Position numbers and translations under genes: made by a program. The notes below the pieces were generated by a model. It was not told the origin of the DNA, ran no database searches, and was given only the letters and a program-made list of their open reading frames with translations. From Desulfonatronaceae bacterium UBA663 (GTDB lineage Bacteria; Desulfobacterota; Desulfovibrionia; Desulfovibrionales; Desulfonatronaceae): a stretch of DNA of 36,197 nt. The stretch covers positions 1,456 to 37,652 of the forward strand of contig DBNV01000097.1 of the NCBI GenBank assembly GCA_002299865.1. Direction: 5' to 3'. This document shows positions 25,375 through 36,027 of this stretch, one piece after another (position 1 is the stretch's first letter; every line of letters begins with the position of its first letter).

Positions 25375-26253
25375 ATGCTACTCATCGGAGAGAACATTAA
25401 CGTTATGTCGAAGACCATTGGTCCGGCATTGCGGGAAAGGAACCCCGGGCCGATTCAGGAGATGGCCAAAGCCGGGACCGAGGCGGGCATGGATTACCTT
25501 GATCTTAATATCGGTCCGGCCCGTAAAGGCGGGGAGGAAGTGATGGCTTGGCTGGTCAAGACGGTGCAGGAGGTCACTGATCTGCCGTTATGCCTGGATA
25601 CGACCAATCTGGCGGCGATGGAGGCCGGGTTGAAGGAATGCAAAGGCAAGGCACTGATTAATTCGGTCTCCCTGCAGCCCGAAAGGTTGGAGCGGGGGTT
25701 GCCCCTGGTCCAAAAGTACGGCGCGGCCATGATCGGACTTTTGTGGGGCGCTGAAGGAATGCCACGCGATGCCGCCGAAAGGGGGATGCTGGCTGTTGAC
25801 CTGATCTATCAGGCCAATCAGGCGGGTATTCCTAATGAGGATATCTGGATTGACCCGGTGCTGGCCCCGGTGAGCGTGGAGATTAACCAGGTGCAAGCCT
25901 GTTTTGAGTTCATGGGCATGCTGGGTGAGATTGCTCCCGGGTGTAAGTCCACCCTGGGCTTGTCTAATGTTTCCAATGGCGCTCCGACCCACCTTCGACC
26001 TTATCTTAATCGGACCTGCCTGATAATGCTGATGCGGTACGGGCTTTATTCGGCGATTGCTGATGCCTATGATCCGGAGTTGGTGCGGATCGCCAGGGGT
26101 GAAATGCCGGAGATTGTTGACCTGGTATACCGGATAATGGATGGCGAGCAACCCGAGCTGGCTGCTCTGGATCAAAAGGAAGTGGAATATGTGAAAACGG
26201 TGCGGGTGCTTACCGGCAGGTCACTTTATTCCGACTCCTGGCTGGATGTTTGA
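25375..26253 (+). CDS. acsE: Methyl-THF:corrinoid Fe-S protein methyltransferase (pterin-binding TIM barrel)
   Basis: LIGENINVM, LDLNIGPA, LCLDTTN, LINSVS, IDP, GLSNVSNG. Immediately downstream of acsC. Confidence 0.9.
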   Translation: MLLIGENINVMSKTIGPALRERNPGPIQEMAKAGTEAGMDYLDLNIGPARKGGEEVMAWLVKTVQEVTDLPLCLDTTNLAAMEAGLKECKGKALINSVSLQPERLERGLPLVQKYGAAMIGLLWGAEGMPRDAAERGMLAVDLIYQANQAGIPNEDIWIDPVLAPVSVEINQVQACFEFMGMLGEIAPGCKSTLGLSNVSNGAPTHLRPYLNRTCLIMLMRYGLYSAIADAYDPELVRIARGEMPEIVDLVYRIMDGEQPELAALDQKEVEYVKTVRVLTGRSLYSDSWLDV

Positions 26254-26399
26254 CCGGTCTTTTCCCACGGCCGTCTATTCAGCCATTAACCTGAATCCGG
26301 CAAGCGGACAGGTTTAAGCACCAAGACACACAAAACCAACAAGTTAGTGGTCCTTTGTATCCTTCGTGAATAAATTTCTAAACAAGGAGGCTGATTTTC

Positions 26400-28076
26400 A
26401 TGCTACCACCCGATATTGAGATTGCCCGGAGCGCTAAAATGAGGCCGGTGCTGGAGGTGGCCCATGACCTCGGATTGACGGATGACGATCTCGAACTTTA
26501 CGGCAGGTACAAGGCCAAAATCGGTTTGGAGGTTTATCAACGTTTGCAGGATAAGCCACCTGGTCGTTTGATCGGAGTTACCGCTATCTCGCCCACCCCG
26601 GCCGGCGAGGGCAAGACCTGCACCTCGGTGGGCCTGACTCAAGCCTTGGGTCGTCTGGGTAAAAAAGTGGTCCTCGCCCTGCGTGAGCCCTCCCTCGGTC
26701 CGACCTTTGGGGTCAAGGGTGGTGCGGCCGGCGGCGGTTATTCCCAGGTTCTGCCCATGGAAGACATCAACCTGCACTTTACGGGCGATATGCACGCCAT
26801 TACCGCGGCGCATAATCTTCTGGCCGCCGTGCTCGACAATCATCTTTATTTTGGCAACGAACTGAACATTGATCCCAAGCGGGTGCTTTGGCGCCGGGCT
26901 ATGGACATGAACGACCGGCAACTACGGAACATCGTGTGCGGGTTGGGCGCCAAGATCGACGGTCTGCCGCGGGAGAGCGGATTTGATATCACCGTGGCCT
27001 CCGAAATCATGGCGATAATGTGTTTGTCCGAAGGCGTTCAGGATTTCAAAGAACGGGTCGGCCGGATCCTGGTGGCTTATACTCGCGACGGGCAGCCGGT
27101 TTTTGCTCGCGATTTGAAGGTCACCGGGGCGCTGGCGGTGTTAATGAAGGACGCCCTGAAGCCGAATCTGGTGCAAACGCTGGAGGGACAACCGGCTTTA
27201 ATTCACGGCGGCCCTTTTGCTAACATCGCTCACGGCAACAACTCCATTATTGCGACGCGCACCGCGCTACGGTTGGGGGACTATGTAGTTACCGAGGGGG
27301 GGTTTGGCTCCGACCTGGGCGCTGAAAAGTTTTTGAACATTGTTTGCCCCTATGGTGGTTTTACGCCGGACGTGATGGTATTGGTGGCCACTGTCAGGGC
27401 CCTTAAGCTCCACGGGGGTGTTTCGTTGAACAACCTTACCCAGTCCAATCTGGAGGCGCTCCGGAAGGGTTTAGCCAATCTGGACGCCCACATAGATAAT
27501 ATTACAAACAACTTTGGTTTGCCGGTGGTGGTGGCTATCAACCGTTTCCCGACTGACGAAAAGTCAGAGTTGAATCTGGTGCGGGAGCATTGCCTGGCCC
27601 GTGGTGTATCGGCCGTTGTCTCGGAGGTCGTGGCCCGGGGCGGCGAAGGGGGTGTGGCCTTGGCGGCCGAAGTGCTTCGGGTGTTGGATTCGAGAGTGGG
27701 AAGTTATCGTCAACTCTACGCTTGGAATCTGCCGATCAGGGAGAAAATCGAAATCCTGGCCTGCAGGGTTTACGGCGCGGACGGGGTTGTTTACACTATC
27801 CAAGCCGAAAACGACATTGGAGACTTCACCCGCCTGGGCTTTGATCAACTGCCGATCTGCATGGCCAAGACCCCAAATTCGCTTTCCGACAACCCCAACC
27901 TTCTTGGTCGTCCCACTGGGTGGCGGCTTACCGTTCGCGAGCTGCGGGCTTCGGCGGGGGCCGGCTTCCTAGTGGCCTTGGCCGGTAAGATTATGACCAT
28001 GCCGGGTTTACCGCGTGTGCCGGCTGCCGAGAAGGTGGACATTGACGAGCAAGGGGAGATTTCGGGATTGTCTTAG
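26400..28076 (+). CDS. fhs: Formate--tetrahydrofolate ligase
   Basis: TAISPTPAGEGKT, REPSLGP.FGVKGGAAGGGYSQV, INLHFTGD, HGGPFANIAHG, TEGGFGSDLGAEKF, MTMPGLP. RBS AAGGAGG. Confidence 0.97.
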   Translation: MLPPDIEIARSAKMRPVLEVAHDLGLTDDDLELYGRYKAKIGLEVYQRLQDKPPGRLIGVTAISPTPAGEGKTCTSVGLTQALGRLGKKVVLALREPSLGPTFGVKGGAAGGGYSQVLPMEDINLHFTGDMHAITAAHNLLAAVLDNHLYFGNELNIDPKRVLWRRAMDMNDRQLRNIVCGLGAKIDGLPRESGFDITVASEIMAIMCLSEGVQDFKERVGRILVAYTRDGQPVFARDLKVTGALAVLMKDALKPNLVQTLEGQPALIHGGPFANIAHGNNSIIATRTALRLGDYVVTEGGFGSDLGAEKFLNIVCPYGGFTPDVMVLVATVRALKLHGGVSLNNLTQSNLEALRKGLANLDAHIDNITNNFGLPVVVAINRFPTDEKSELNLVREHCLARGVSAVVSEVVARGGEGGVALAAEVLRVLDSRVGSYRQLYAWNLPIREKIEILACRVYGADGVVYTIQAENDIGDFTRLGFDQLPICMAKTPNSLSDNPNLLGRPTGWRLTVRELRASAGAGFLVALAGKIMTMPGLPRVPAAEKVDIDEQGEISGLS

Positions 28077-28247
28077 CTGTGCAGATCATTCGATATCCCA
28101 AGCCGATGCCATCATCTTATTCCGTCTTGTCCCGACACTCAACCTGTCACAGCCAATCTTGACTCGGGGGGGGATTTATTATATTCAACATCTATCGATT
28201 TTGACGCATCCGACAATCCCACTCAATATTGGGAGGTCCAACGGAAT

Positions 28248-29138
28248 ATGAAACGTATTGGCTTGTTTTTGTTGACTAACATCGCCATTTTGCTGGTCCT
28301 GGGCATTGTCCTGCATGTTTTGGGCGTGGATAGAATGCTCGACGAAAGCGGCGTGGGTTTGAACTACGCCGACCTGCTCGTCTTCGCGGCAATTTTCGGC
28401 TTCGGCGGCTCCTTCATCTCCTTGGCCATGTCCAAATGGATGGCCAAACGCATGACCGGGGCCCAGGTCATCACCACCCCCCGCAATCCGGCCGAGACAT
28501 GGCTCGTGGCAACAGTGAAGAACCAAGCGACCCGGGCCGGTATCAGCATGCCCGAAGTGGCCGTTTTCGACTCCGCCGCGCCCAACGCCTTTGCCACGGG
28601 CATGAGCAGGAACAACGCCCTGGTGGCCGTGAGCACGGGGCTGTTGCGGACCATGAACCAGGACGAGGTAGAAGCGGTCCTGGCCCATGAAGTCAGCCAT
28701 GTGGCCAACGGCGACATGGTCACCCTGGCCCTGATCCAGGGCGTGGTGAACACCTTCGTCATCTTCATCTCCCGCGCCGTGGGCCATTTCGTGGACCGGG
28801 TCATCTTGAAGAACGAGGGAGGCCACGGCATCGGCTTTTTCATCACCACCATCGTGGCCCAGATCGTGTTCGGCATCCTGGCCAGCATGATCGTGCTTTA
28901 CTTCAGCAGACAGCGGGAGTTTTGGGCCGATGCCGGCGGGGCCAAACTTGCGGGCCGGGAAAAAATGATCTCCGCCCTGGAAAAGCTCAAAAAAAGCCTG
29001 CAAGAACCCCTGCCGGACCAGATGGCGGCCTTCGGCATCAATGGCAAGCCCGCTGGACACGGCCTGAAAATGCTGTTTATGAGCCACCCCCCTCTGAACA
29101 ACCGCATCGCGACCCTTAAAGGTCAAGCAACCCGCTAG
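28248..29138 (+). CDS. htpX: Membrane zinc metalloprotease HtpX (peptidase M48)
   Basis: [18 protein letters not shown], HExxH motif ([14 protein letters not shown]), [17 protein letters not shown]. Confidence 0.95.
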   Translation: MKRIGLFLLTNIAILLVLGIVLHVLGVDRMLDESGVGLNYADLLVFAAIFGFGGSFISLAMSKWMAKRMTGAQVITTPRNPAETWLVATVKNQATRAGISMPEVAVFDSAAPNAFATGMSRNNALVAVSTGLLRTMNQDEVEAVLAHEVSHVANGDMVTLALIQGVVNTFVIFISRAVGHFVDRVILKNEGGHGIGFFITTIVAQIVFGILASMIVLYFSRQREFWADAGGAKLAGREKMISALEKLKKSLQEPLPDQMAAFGINGKPAGHGLKMLFMSHPPLNNRIATLKGQATR

Positions 29139-29188
29139 CCTTTTGATCGCGGAATGCGCCGCGCAGTGCGCCGCAGAATACGCTACCC

Positions 29189-29221
29189 AGTTCGTCCCGC
29201 CAAGGCGGGACGAACTTTTTT
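29189..29221 (+). terminator. Rho-independent terminator downstream of htpX
   Basis: Perfect 12-bp stem AGTTCGTCCCGC / GCGGGACGAACT with a CAAG loop, followed by a T run. Confidence 0.8.
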
Positions 29222-29283
29222 CAGATCATGGCCACAGCGCATCTGCGCGCGACCTGCCCGACACAAGCCATAAAGGCCCCACC

Positions 29284-30138
29284 ATGCTCACGCATTCATT
29301 CCGTCACCTCCCGGGCATCGGGCAGGCCCGGGAACAAAAACTCTGGGCGAACGGCATCCACTGCTGGGAAAACGCCTTAAACTGCAAAGGCCCCTGCCCC
29401 TGTCGACTGACCGACGCAGCGCGCGATGTCCTGGCCGAATCTCCGGATCGCCTGGCCGACGGCGACGCATCCTGGTTCGCCCAAAAACTGCCCAGGGACG
29501 AATCCTGGAGGCTCTGTTCCCACTTCGCCCACCGTACTGCGTACGTGGACATCGAAACCACCGGCGGCCCAGGCCCGGTGAACATCACCACCATCGCCCT
29601 TTTTGACGGCAAAAGGGTGCGCACCTATGTCCAGGGCCGCGACCTGGACAGGTTTTGCGACGACATCCGGGAGTTCCCCCTGGTAGTCACCTTCAACGGC
29701 CGCTGCTTCGACGCGCCGATCCTGCAAAGGGATCTGAAAGTCGCCCTGCCCGCCGCCCATGTGGACTTGCGCTTCCTGCTCAAATCCGTAGGCGTCTCGG
29801 GCGGCCTGAAAGCCTGTGAGCAACGCTTGGGAATGCATCGGGAGGAACTGGACGGCCTGGACGGATACTTCGCCGTGCTGCTCTGGCAGGAGTATGAAAC
29901 ACGGGGCGACGAACAGGCCCTGGAAACGCTTCTGGCCTACAACGCGGCGGACGTCCTCTCCATGCCCGTGCTTTTGGAATACGCCTACGCGGCCAAACTG
30001 GAACAAACGCCCTTCACCCACCTGCCCCGGATCCGGGCCACCAGGACCGCCAACCCGCACCAGGCCCATCCCGGCGTGATCAAGCGCATCCGCAAACGTT
30101 TCGGAATCCGATTCCTGCCCAAAATGACGTCAGGCTGA
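29284..30138 (+). CDS. RNase H-like (YprB/DnaQ-like) exonuclease domain protein
   Basis: MLTHSFRHLPGIG, YVDIETTG, VTFNGRCFD, HVDLR, GGLK, YNAADV. ATG at 29284 is preferred because the longer track ORF would span the terminator. Confidence 0.8.
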   Translation: MLTHSFRHLPGIGQAREQKLWANGIHCWENALNCKGPCPCRLTDAARDVLAESPDRLADGDASWFAQKLPRDESWRLCSHFAHRTAYVDIETTGGPGPVNITTIALFDGKRVRTYVQGRDLDRFCDDIREFPLVVTFNGRCFDAPILQRDLKVALPAAHVDLRFLLKSVGVSGGLKACEQRLGMHREELDGLDGYFAVLLWQEYETRGDEQALETLLAYNAADVLSMPVLLEYAYAAKLEQTPFTHLPRIRATRTANPHQAHPGVIKRIRKRFGIRFLPKMTSG

Positions 30139-30181
30139 CGGGACCTCGAAAGCAAGGACACCCTGGACCGGGACCAGGATC

Positions 30182-32131
30182 CTAACTGACCTTGCTTCCC
30201 GGCGGCACCTGATCGGAAGGAGCCAGCAGACGCAACCCCTCTGGGGCGTGCACGGCCAGGACCATGCCCTGGGACAGGGCGCCGCGCAGCTTGCGGGGTT
30301 TGAGATTGACCACGACCACCACCTGTCGGCCGACCAGCGCCTCGGGGGGCCAGTACTGGGCGATCCCGGCGACAATGCTGCGCGCTTGATCCTCGCCCAG
30401 ATCCACATGCAGATGCAGCAGTTTATCCGCGCCCTTGACCGGCTCGGCTGAAACCACCGTGCCGACACGCAGATCCAGCCTTTGGAAGTCTGTGAACTCC
30501 AGGAGTTCCGCGACGGCCCGGGGAGGTAAGGCGGAAGGCTCTGCGACCTGGCCCTGTGCGACTGCGCCGGCCAAGACCGGCGCAGTCGCTGAAGCCTTGA
30601 GTTCGATCCTTGGAAAAAGATTGGACGCCCAGGCCACTTCGGTCCCCGGCGCCAGCAGGCCCCAATGCAGCAGTTCGTCGGCTAGATGCCGCCACTGTTC
30701 GGCGGGCCGCCTCTCGCCCAACTGGGCCAGCATGGCCTCGCTTTCCTCGGGCATCACCGGCCAGAGATGTACGGCCACCTTGCGCATGGCTTCCAGGAGC
30801 GTATACATCACCGTACCCAGTTCTTCCCGGCGCTCATGCTTGAACAGGGTCCAGGGCTGGGACGCGTCCACGTACTTGTTCAAGGCCCGCACCAGGGTCC
30901 ATAGGGACTCCAAGGCCATGGAGAACTGGAACCGGCCGAACAGGTCCTGAAAGTTCTTCAGGAATTCCGTCGCCAGGACATGAATATCCTCGTCCTCCGA
31001 CCGGATCGGACCGGGCTCGGGCACGCGACCGGCAAAGTACTTCCGGGTCATGCTCAGCACCCTGCTGAACAGATTCCCCAAATCATTGGCCAGATCCGCG
31101 TTGAACCTGGTCGCTAGGGCCTCCTCGGACACGTTGGCGTCGTGGCCAAAAGGCATCTCCCGCAGGAGAAAATAACGGAACGGACCCTTGCCGTAGGTCT
31201 TTGCAAGAGCCAGCGGGTCCACCACGTTGCCCAGGCTCTTGCTCATCTTGGTGTCCTGGACCAGCCAATAACCATGCACGTTCAGGCGCCGGTATAAGGG
31301 CAGGCCTGCAGAAAGCAGCATGCACGGCCAAAAAATGGCGTGGGGTTTGAGAATGTCCTTGGCCACCAAGTGCTGGGCCTCGGGCCAGAAGGTTCGAAAG
31401 CGTTCTCCTTCCGGCCATTCCAGGGCCGTAATGTAGTTGAGCAGGGCGTCGAACCAGACGTAGGTCACGTAATCCCGGTCAAAGGGCAGCTCAATGCCCC
31501 AGGCCAGACGGCTTTTGGGTCGGGAAATGCACAGGTCGCCCAGATCCTCGCGAAGCAGGCCGAGCACCTCGTTGCGGTAACGTTCCGGCCGGATGAAATC
31601 CGGACGCTCCTCGATATGCCTGCGCAACGGCTCCAAATATTTGGACATCCGGAAAAAATAATTCTTCTCCTTGATGTATTCCGGGGCCTGGAGGTGGTCC
31701 GGACACAGGCCGTCCTTGAGTTCCTTGTCCGTGTAGAAGCGCTCGCATCCGAAACAGTAATGCCCGCCGTACTCGCCGTGGTAAATGTCGCCGCGGTCGT
31801 AAATGCGCTGCAAAAACTCCTGGACCCTGGTGACGTGCCTGGGCTCCGTGGTGCGGATGAAGTCGTCGAAGCTCAAGTCCAATTCCTCCCAAAGCTCCCG
31901 AAATGCAGCACTGATCTCGTCCACATAGGCCTGAGGCGTGGCCTGCCGGGCCTGGGCCGCACGGACGATCTTGTCGCCGTGCTCGTCGGTCCCGGTCAGG
32001 AAAAATGTTTTTCGGCCCATCAGCTTTTGAAAGCGGATCATGGCGTCGGCGGCCGTGGTGGTGTAGGCGTGACCGAGATGGGGCTTGGCATTGACGTAAT
32101 AGATGGGCGTGGACAGAAAGAAGGGTTTCAA
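30182..32131 (-). CDS. metG: Methionine--tRNA ligase with C-terminal tRNA-binding domain
   Basis: TPIYYVNAKPHLGHAY (HIGH motif), TGTDEHG, zinc knuckle CFGC..CPDH, YVWFDAL, KMSKS, and a C-terminal OB fold (DFQRLDLRVG..NLKPRKLRG..SQGM). Confidence 0.97.
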   Translation of the reverse strand: MKPFFLSTPIYYVNAKPHLGHAYTTTAADAMIRFQKLMGRKTFFLTGTDEHGDKIVRAAQARQATPQAYVDEISAAFRELWEELDLSFDDFIRTTEPRHVTRVQEFLQRIYDRGDIYHGEYGGHYCFGCERFYTDKELKDGLCPDHLQAPEYIKEKNYFFRMSKYLEPLRRHIEERPDFIRPERYRNEVLGLLREDLGDLCISRPKSRLAWGIELPFDRDYVTYVWFDALLNYITALEWPEGERFRTFWPEAQHLVAKDILKPHAIFWPCMLLSAGLPLYRRLNVHGYWLVQDTKMSKSLGNVVDPLALAKTYGKGPFRYFLLREMPFGHDANVSEEALATRFNADLANDLGNLFSRVLSMTRKYFAGRVPEPGPIRSEDEDIHVLATEFLKNFQDLFGRFQFSMALESLWTLVRALNKYVDASQPWTLFKHERREELGTVMYTLLEAMRKVAVHLWPVMPEESEAMLAQLGERRPAEQWRHLADELLHWGLLAPGTEVAWASNLFPRIELKASATAPVLAGAVAQGQVAEPSALPPRAVAELLEFTDFQRLDLRVGTVVSAEPVKGADKLLHLHVDLGEDQARSIVAGIAQYWPPEALVGRQVVVVVNLKPRKLRGALSQGMVLAVHAPEGLRLLAPSDQVPPGSKVS

Positions 32132-32158
32132 GCCGCTGCCTCCGCGACATGGCGTTGT

Positions 32159-33379
32159 CTATTCCAAGGATGATTTTGTGGGCTTGCCTGAGGATTGGCT
32201 TTGAGGCTCGCCTTGAGAAGGCTCGCCTTGAGGCCCTGCGGTCGACTGGCCGTGGTTCCGGGACTTGCCGCGGGGAGGACGCGAACGCCGCTTGGACTTT
32301 CGAGATCCGGGCCGATCCTCGCGTTTATTTTTCTCTCTGTCTTCTCCTCCCGCGGCCTTCGGCGGCTGCGGCAAGGCCTCCGGTTTATCGTGCTTGCCTG
32401 TGGAGGGCGCAACAGTGCTCGCCTCGGGCCGGGACTCCGGCGCGGGACGGACGGGCTGCTCGGGTCCGGCCTCGGGCTTTGGCGGCGACGGCAACGCAGG
32501 CACCTCCAGGTCCTTGACCTGAGGGTCCGGCTTGGACGGCAATCCGCCCCGGCTCGGAGTCACGATCTTAAACCACTCGTCCAGATCGATCTCTCGTTCC
32601 CCTCCGGATTCCAACCACACGCTCAGGGTGCGCCGAAAATAATTGGCCCGGATGACCTTGGCCGGACCCAGGGCCGTAGCGAACTTCTTGTCGACCTTGG
32701 GGCACTGGGCTAAAAACTCCTCGTAATTGCTCTGCTCGTAACTCAGACAGCACAACAGGCGGTTGCAGATCCCGGAAATCTTGGCCGGATTTAGGAACAG
32801 ATTCTGCTCCTTGGCCATCTTGATGGTGGAGGGGGCGAACTGCCGCAGAAAGCGCCGGCAACAAACCAACTGGCCGCAGTTACCGATCCCGCCGACCATC
32901 TGCGTTTCATGACGGGCTCCGATCTGGCGCAGTTCGATCCGGGTCCGGAAAACCTTGACCAAATCCTTGACCAGCTCCCGAAAATCGATCCGGTTCGGGG
33001 CTGTAAAAAAGAAAAGAATCTTGCTCCCGTCGAAAAGCACGACCACGTCCACCAGTTTCATCTCCAGACCGCGCTCCTGGATGCACTGGCGGCAAAGCTC
33101 GAAGGCTTGGCGGGCCAAAGCCCTGTTCTCCCGGTCCCGGTCCAGGTCTTCCTTTGTTGCCGGGCGGAAGATCACCGGTGCCAGGGTCTCGGCACGGTCC
33201 TGATCCGCGGATGATTCAGACACGGGTTCGGGCGAGACCCGCTCCACCCTGCCCATGTGCAGTTCACCGTCCACCTGTGCCAGGATGTGGTCGCCCACGG
33301 TCACCACGCAGGGTCCGGAACGGAAAAAATACAGCCTGTTCCCGATGGGGATGCGCACGGCAAGAATCTGGCCCATCAC
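32159..33379 (-). CDS. ricT: PSP1/RicT (YaaT) family Fe-S regulatory protein with a long low-complexity C-terminal tail
   Basis: [61 protein letters not shown] overlap with the alaS stop and located upstream of metG. Confidence 0.85.
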   Translation of the reverse strand: MMGQILAVRIPIGNRLYFFRSGPCVVTVGDHILAQVDGELHMGRVERVSPEPVSESSADQDRAETLAPVIFRPATKEDLDRDRENRALARQAFELCRQCIQERGLEMKLVDVVVLFDGSKILFFFTAPNRIDFRELVKDLVKVFRTRIELRQIGARHETQMVGGIGNCGQLVCCRRFLRQFAPSTIKMAKEQNLFLNPAKISGICNRLLCCLSYEQSNYEEFLAQCPKVDKKFATALGPAKVIRANYFRRTLSVWLESGGEREIDLDEWFKIVTPSRGGLPSKPDPQVKDLEVPALPSPPKPEAGPEQPVRPAPESRPEASTVAPSTGKHDKPEALPQPPKAAGGEDREKNKREDRPGSRKSKRRSRPPRGKSRNHGQSTAGPQGEPSQGEPQSQSSGKPTKSSLE

Positions 33380-36027
33380 GCTTCCCTTAAGCCCGCAAGC
33401 AGGGTCGCGGCCTGCTCCAGCACCTTGGGGATCCCGGAGGGGTCGCCGCCGCCGGCCTGGGCCATGTCCGGCCTGCCGCCGCCGCTGCCGCCCACGAACG
33501 GGGCCAGTTTCTTCACCAGATCAGAGGCCGTGAACCGACCGTGCAGGTCTTTGCTCACGGAGATGATGAGCATGACCTTGCCCTCGTTCTCCGCAACCAG
33601 GACGATCACCCCGGAATCCATCTTGGAACGCAGGTCGTCCATCAGTTCCCGCAACGCCTTGACATCGCGCACGTCCGCGCGGGCGGCCAGAAGGCGAGTG
33701 CCGTTCACGTTCCGGGCCTGGGCAACGAGATCCTGACTGCGGACAGAGAGCAGCCTGCCCTCCAGAGCCGCGTTTTGCTTCTGCAGCTCGCGCACCTGCC
33801 CGAACAGGGCGTTGACCTTGGCAGTCAGGTCAGAGAACGGGGCCTTGAGTTGTTGGGAAATTTCCCGCAACAACGCGGCCTGGTTTCGATAATGCCCCAG
33901 GGCCTTGATTCCGGCGAGGGCCTCGATCCGACGAACCCCGGCGGCGATCCCGGATTCCGAAAGAATAATGAAGGCGCCGGCCTGGCCCGTGGACCGCAAA
34001 TGCGTCCCGCCGCAAAGCTCCGTGGATTCGCCCGGCACCTCCACCACGCGCACTTCCCGACCGTACTTTTCGCCGAAAAAGGCCAGCGCGCATTTTTCCT
34101 GGGCCTGTTCCGGCGTGGTCACAGCCACATCCAGGGAGATATCCTCCAGAATAATTCGGTTCACCTCATCCTCCACGGCGCGCAATTCCTCGGCGGTCAC
34201 AGCCGCGGTATGAGTAAAGTCAAAGCGCAGGATCTCCGGGGAAACCAGGGAGCCAGCCTGCCGCACGTGCTGCCCCAGAACCTTGCGCAGGGCCGCTTGC
34301 AGCAGATGCGTGCAGGTATGGTGGCGGGCCGTGTCCAGGCGCCGGCTCTCGGCCACGCACAACCGTGCCTCCTGATCCAGGAAGATTGCGCCAGCCAGGA
34401 CCTGGATCCGATGCGCCGCAAGTTCCGGGCCGACCTTGAGCGCGTCCAGAATCTCCGCCTCGCCGGAAGGCGTGACAGTCCGCCCAAGATCTGCGGTCTG
34501 GCCGCCGGAAGCCGCGTAGAACGGTGTTCTGGCCGTAATCATCCAGCCCGATTCCCCGGCCTTGAGGACGCCACGGCTCTCGCCCTGATCGTCGGTCAAG
34601 GCCGTGATCCGGCTTATGGCCTCAAACTCGTCGTAGCCGACGAACAGGGACGTCAAACCAGCCTCCAACAGCGGCCCGAACAACACGGACGGATCGATCT
34701 CGCCGCTGCCCTTCCAGGCCTTCTTGGCTCTGGACTTCTGTTTAGCCATGCACTGCCTGAACACGGCCTCATCCACGCTAAACCCATGCTTGCCGGCCAC
34801 GTCGTGGACGATGTCCAGGGGAAAACCAAAGGTGTCGTAAAGCTTGAAGGCCGTTTCCCCGGACACGCTGGACTCGCCTTGCGCCGTCAGCCGTTCCAGC
34901 TCTTCGGCCAGAAGTTTTAGGCCCTTGTCCAAGGTCTGGCCGAAACGCTCCTCTTCCTGTCTGACCACCTTGACCATGAAGGACAGATTCTCCAGCAGCT
35001 CGGGATAGGTGCCGCCCATGCGCCGGCTGATGTCCGCGCTGATCATATACAAAAACGGGTCGTGCAAGCCCAGCAGACGCCCGAACCGATACGCCCGGCG
35101 GATCAGGCGGCGCAGCACGTAGCCGCGGCCCTCATTGGAGGGCACAATGCCGTCGGCCACGAGAAAGGCCACGGCACGGCTGTGGTCCGCAATTACGCGC
35201 ATGGCCGTGTCCGCGTCCGGATGTCCGCCATAGCTCTTGCTGCAGAGCTTGCCAAGATGGGTGAGGAGCGGGGTGAACAGGTCGGACTCGAAATTGGAAT
35301 GAACGCCCTGACACACCGCGCTGATCCGCTCCAGGCCCATGCCCGTGTCGATACTCGGCCGGGGCAAGGGGTGCAGAGTGCCGGAGGCATCCCGCTCATA
35401 CTGCATGAACACCAGGTTCCAGATTTCCAGAAAACGCTCGCAGTCGCACCGGCCGATGCCGCAATCCGGGCCGCAAGCCATGGCCTCGCCCTGATCGATC
35501 AGGATTTCCGAGCATGGTCCGCATGGACCGGTGTCGCCCATGGACCAGAAATTATCCTCCTCGCCCAGGCGACAAATCCTCTCTCGAGGTAATTCCGCGA
35601 TTCGCTCCCAAAGCCCGACGGCTTCGTCATCGTCCTGAAACACCGTGGCGTAGAAGCGCTCCTTGGGCAATGCCATCTCCTCGATCAGGAAGCGCCAGGC
35701 GAATTCAATGGCCTCGGCCTTGAAATAGTCGCCGAAGGAAAAATTGCCCAGCATCTCGAAAAATGTGTGATGTCTGGCGGTGCGGCCCACGTTTTCCAGG
35801 TCGTTGTGCTTGCCGCCCACGCGCAGACATTTCTGGGAGGTCACGGCACGTTTGGACTCGCGCTTCTCCTGACCCAGAAAGACCCGCTTGAACTGCACCA
35901 TGCCCGCGTTGGTGAACAGCAGCGTGGGATCCTCCCGGGGCACCAGGGAGGAACTGGGCACGATCTCATGCCCGTTTCTGGCAAAATACTCCAAAAAACG
36001 CCGCCGGATGATTTCTGTGGTGATCAC
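33376..36027 (-). CDS. alaS: Alanine--tRNA ligase
   Basis: [44 protein letters not shown], editing motifs HHTCTH and [22 protein letters not shown]. Confidence 0.98.
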   Translation of the reverse strand: MITTEIIRRRFLEYFARNGHEIVPSSSLVPREDPTLLFTNAGMVQFKRVFLGQEKRESKRAVTSQKCLRVGGKHNDLENVGRTARHHTFFEMLGNFSFGDYFKAEAIEFAWRFLIEEMALPKERFYATVFQDDDEAVGLWERIAELPRERICRLGEEDNFWSMGDTGPCGPCSEILIDQGEAMACGPDCGIGRCDCERFLEIWNLVFMQYERDASGTLHPLPRPSIDTGMGLERISAVCQGVHSNFESDLFTPLLTHLGKLCSKSYGGHPDADTAMRVIADHSRAVAFLVADGIVPSNEGRGYVLRRLIRRAYRFGRLLGLHDPFLYMISADISRRMGGTYPELLENLSFMVKVVRQEEERFGQTLDKGLKLLAEELERLTAQGESSVSGETAFKLYDTFGFPLDIVHDVAGKHGFSVDEAVFRQCMAKQKSRAKKAWKGSGEIDPSVLFGPLLEAGLTSLFVGYDEFEAISRITALTDDQGESRGVLKAGESGWMITARTPFYAASGGQTADLGRTVTPSGEAEILDALKVGPELAAHRIQVLAGAIFLDQEARLCVAESRRLDTARHHTCTHLLQAALRKVLGQHVRQAGSLVSPEILRFDFTHTAAVTAEELRAVEDEVNRIILEDISLDVAVTTPEQAQEKCALAFFGEKYGREVRVVEVPGESTELCGGTHLRSTGQAGAFIILSESGIAAGVRRIEALAGIKALGHYRNQAALLREISQQLKAPFSDLTAKVNALFGQVRELQKQNAALEGRLLSVRSQDLVAQARNVNGTRLLAARADVRDVKALRELMDDLRSKMDSGVIVLVAENEGKVMLIISVSKDLHGRFTASDLVKKLAPFVGGSGGGRPDMAQAGGGDPSGIPKVLEQAATLLAGLREA

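Noticed and set aside
28077-28247. att-site or direct repeat marking the right island boundary, and a sigma70 promoter for htpX
   Set aside because: No convincing duplication with the left junction. TTGACT (28159) and TATATT (28180) are only 15 bp apart, too weak to call.
29284-30138. RNase H-like nuclease as a defence or mobility gene of the island
   Set aside because: It has host-like codon style, lies beyond htpX and its terminator, and has no partner helicase or other defence gene nearby.
33541-34920. Long antisense ORFs (this 459-aa one, also 22-708, 8058-8990, 13889-14830, 22093-23094, 24390-25418, 28185-29126, 31340-32173)
   Set aside because: They lie opposite well-supported genes, lack motifs, and are expected shadows of GC-rich codon usage.
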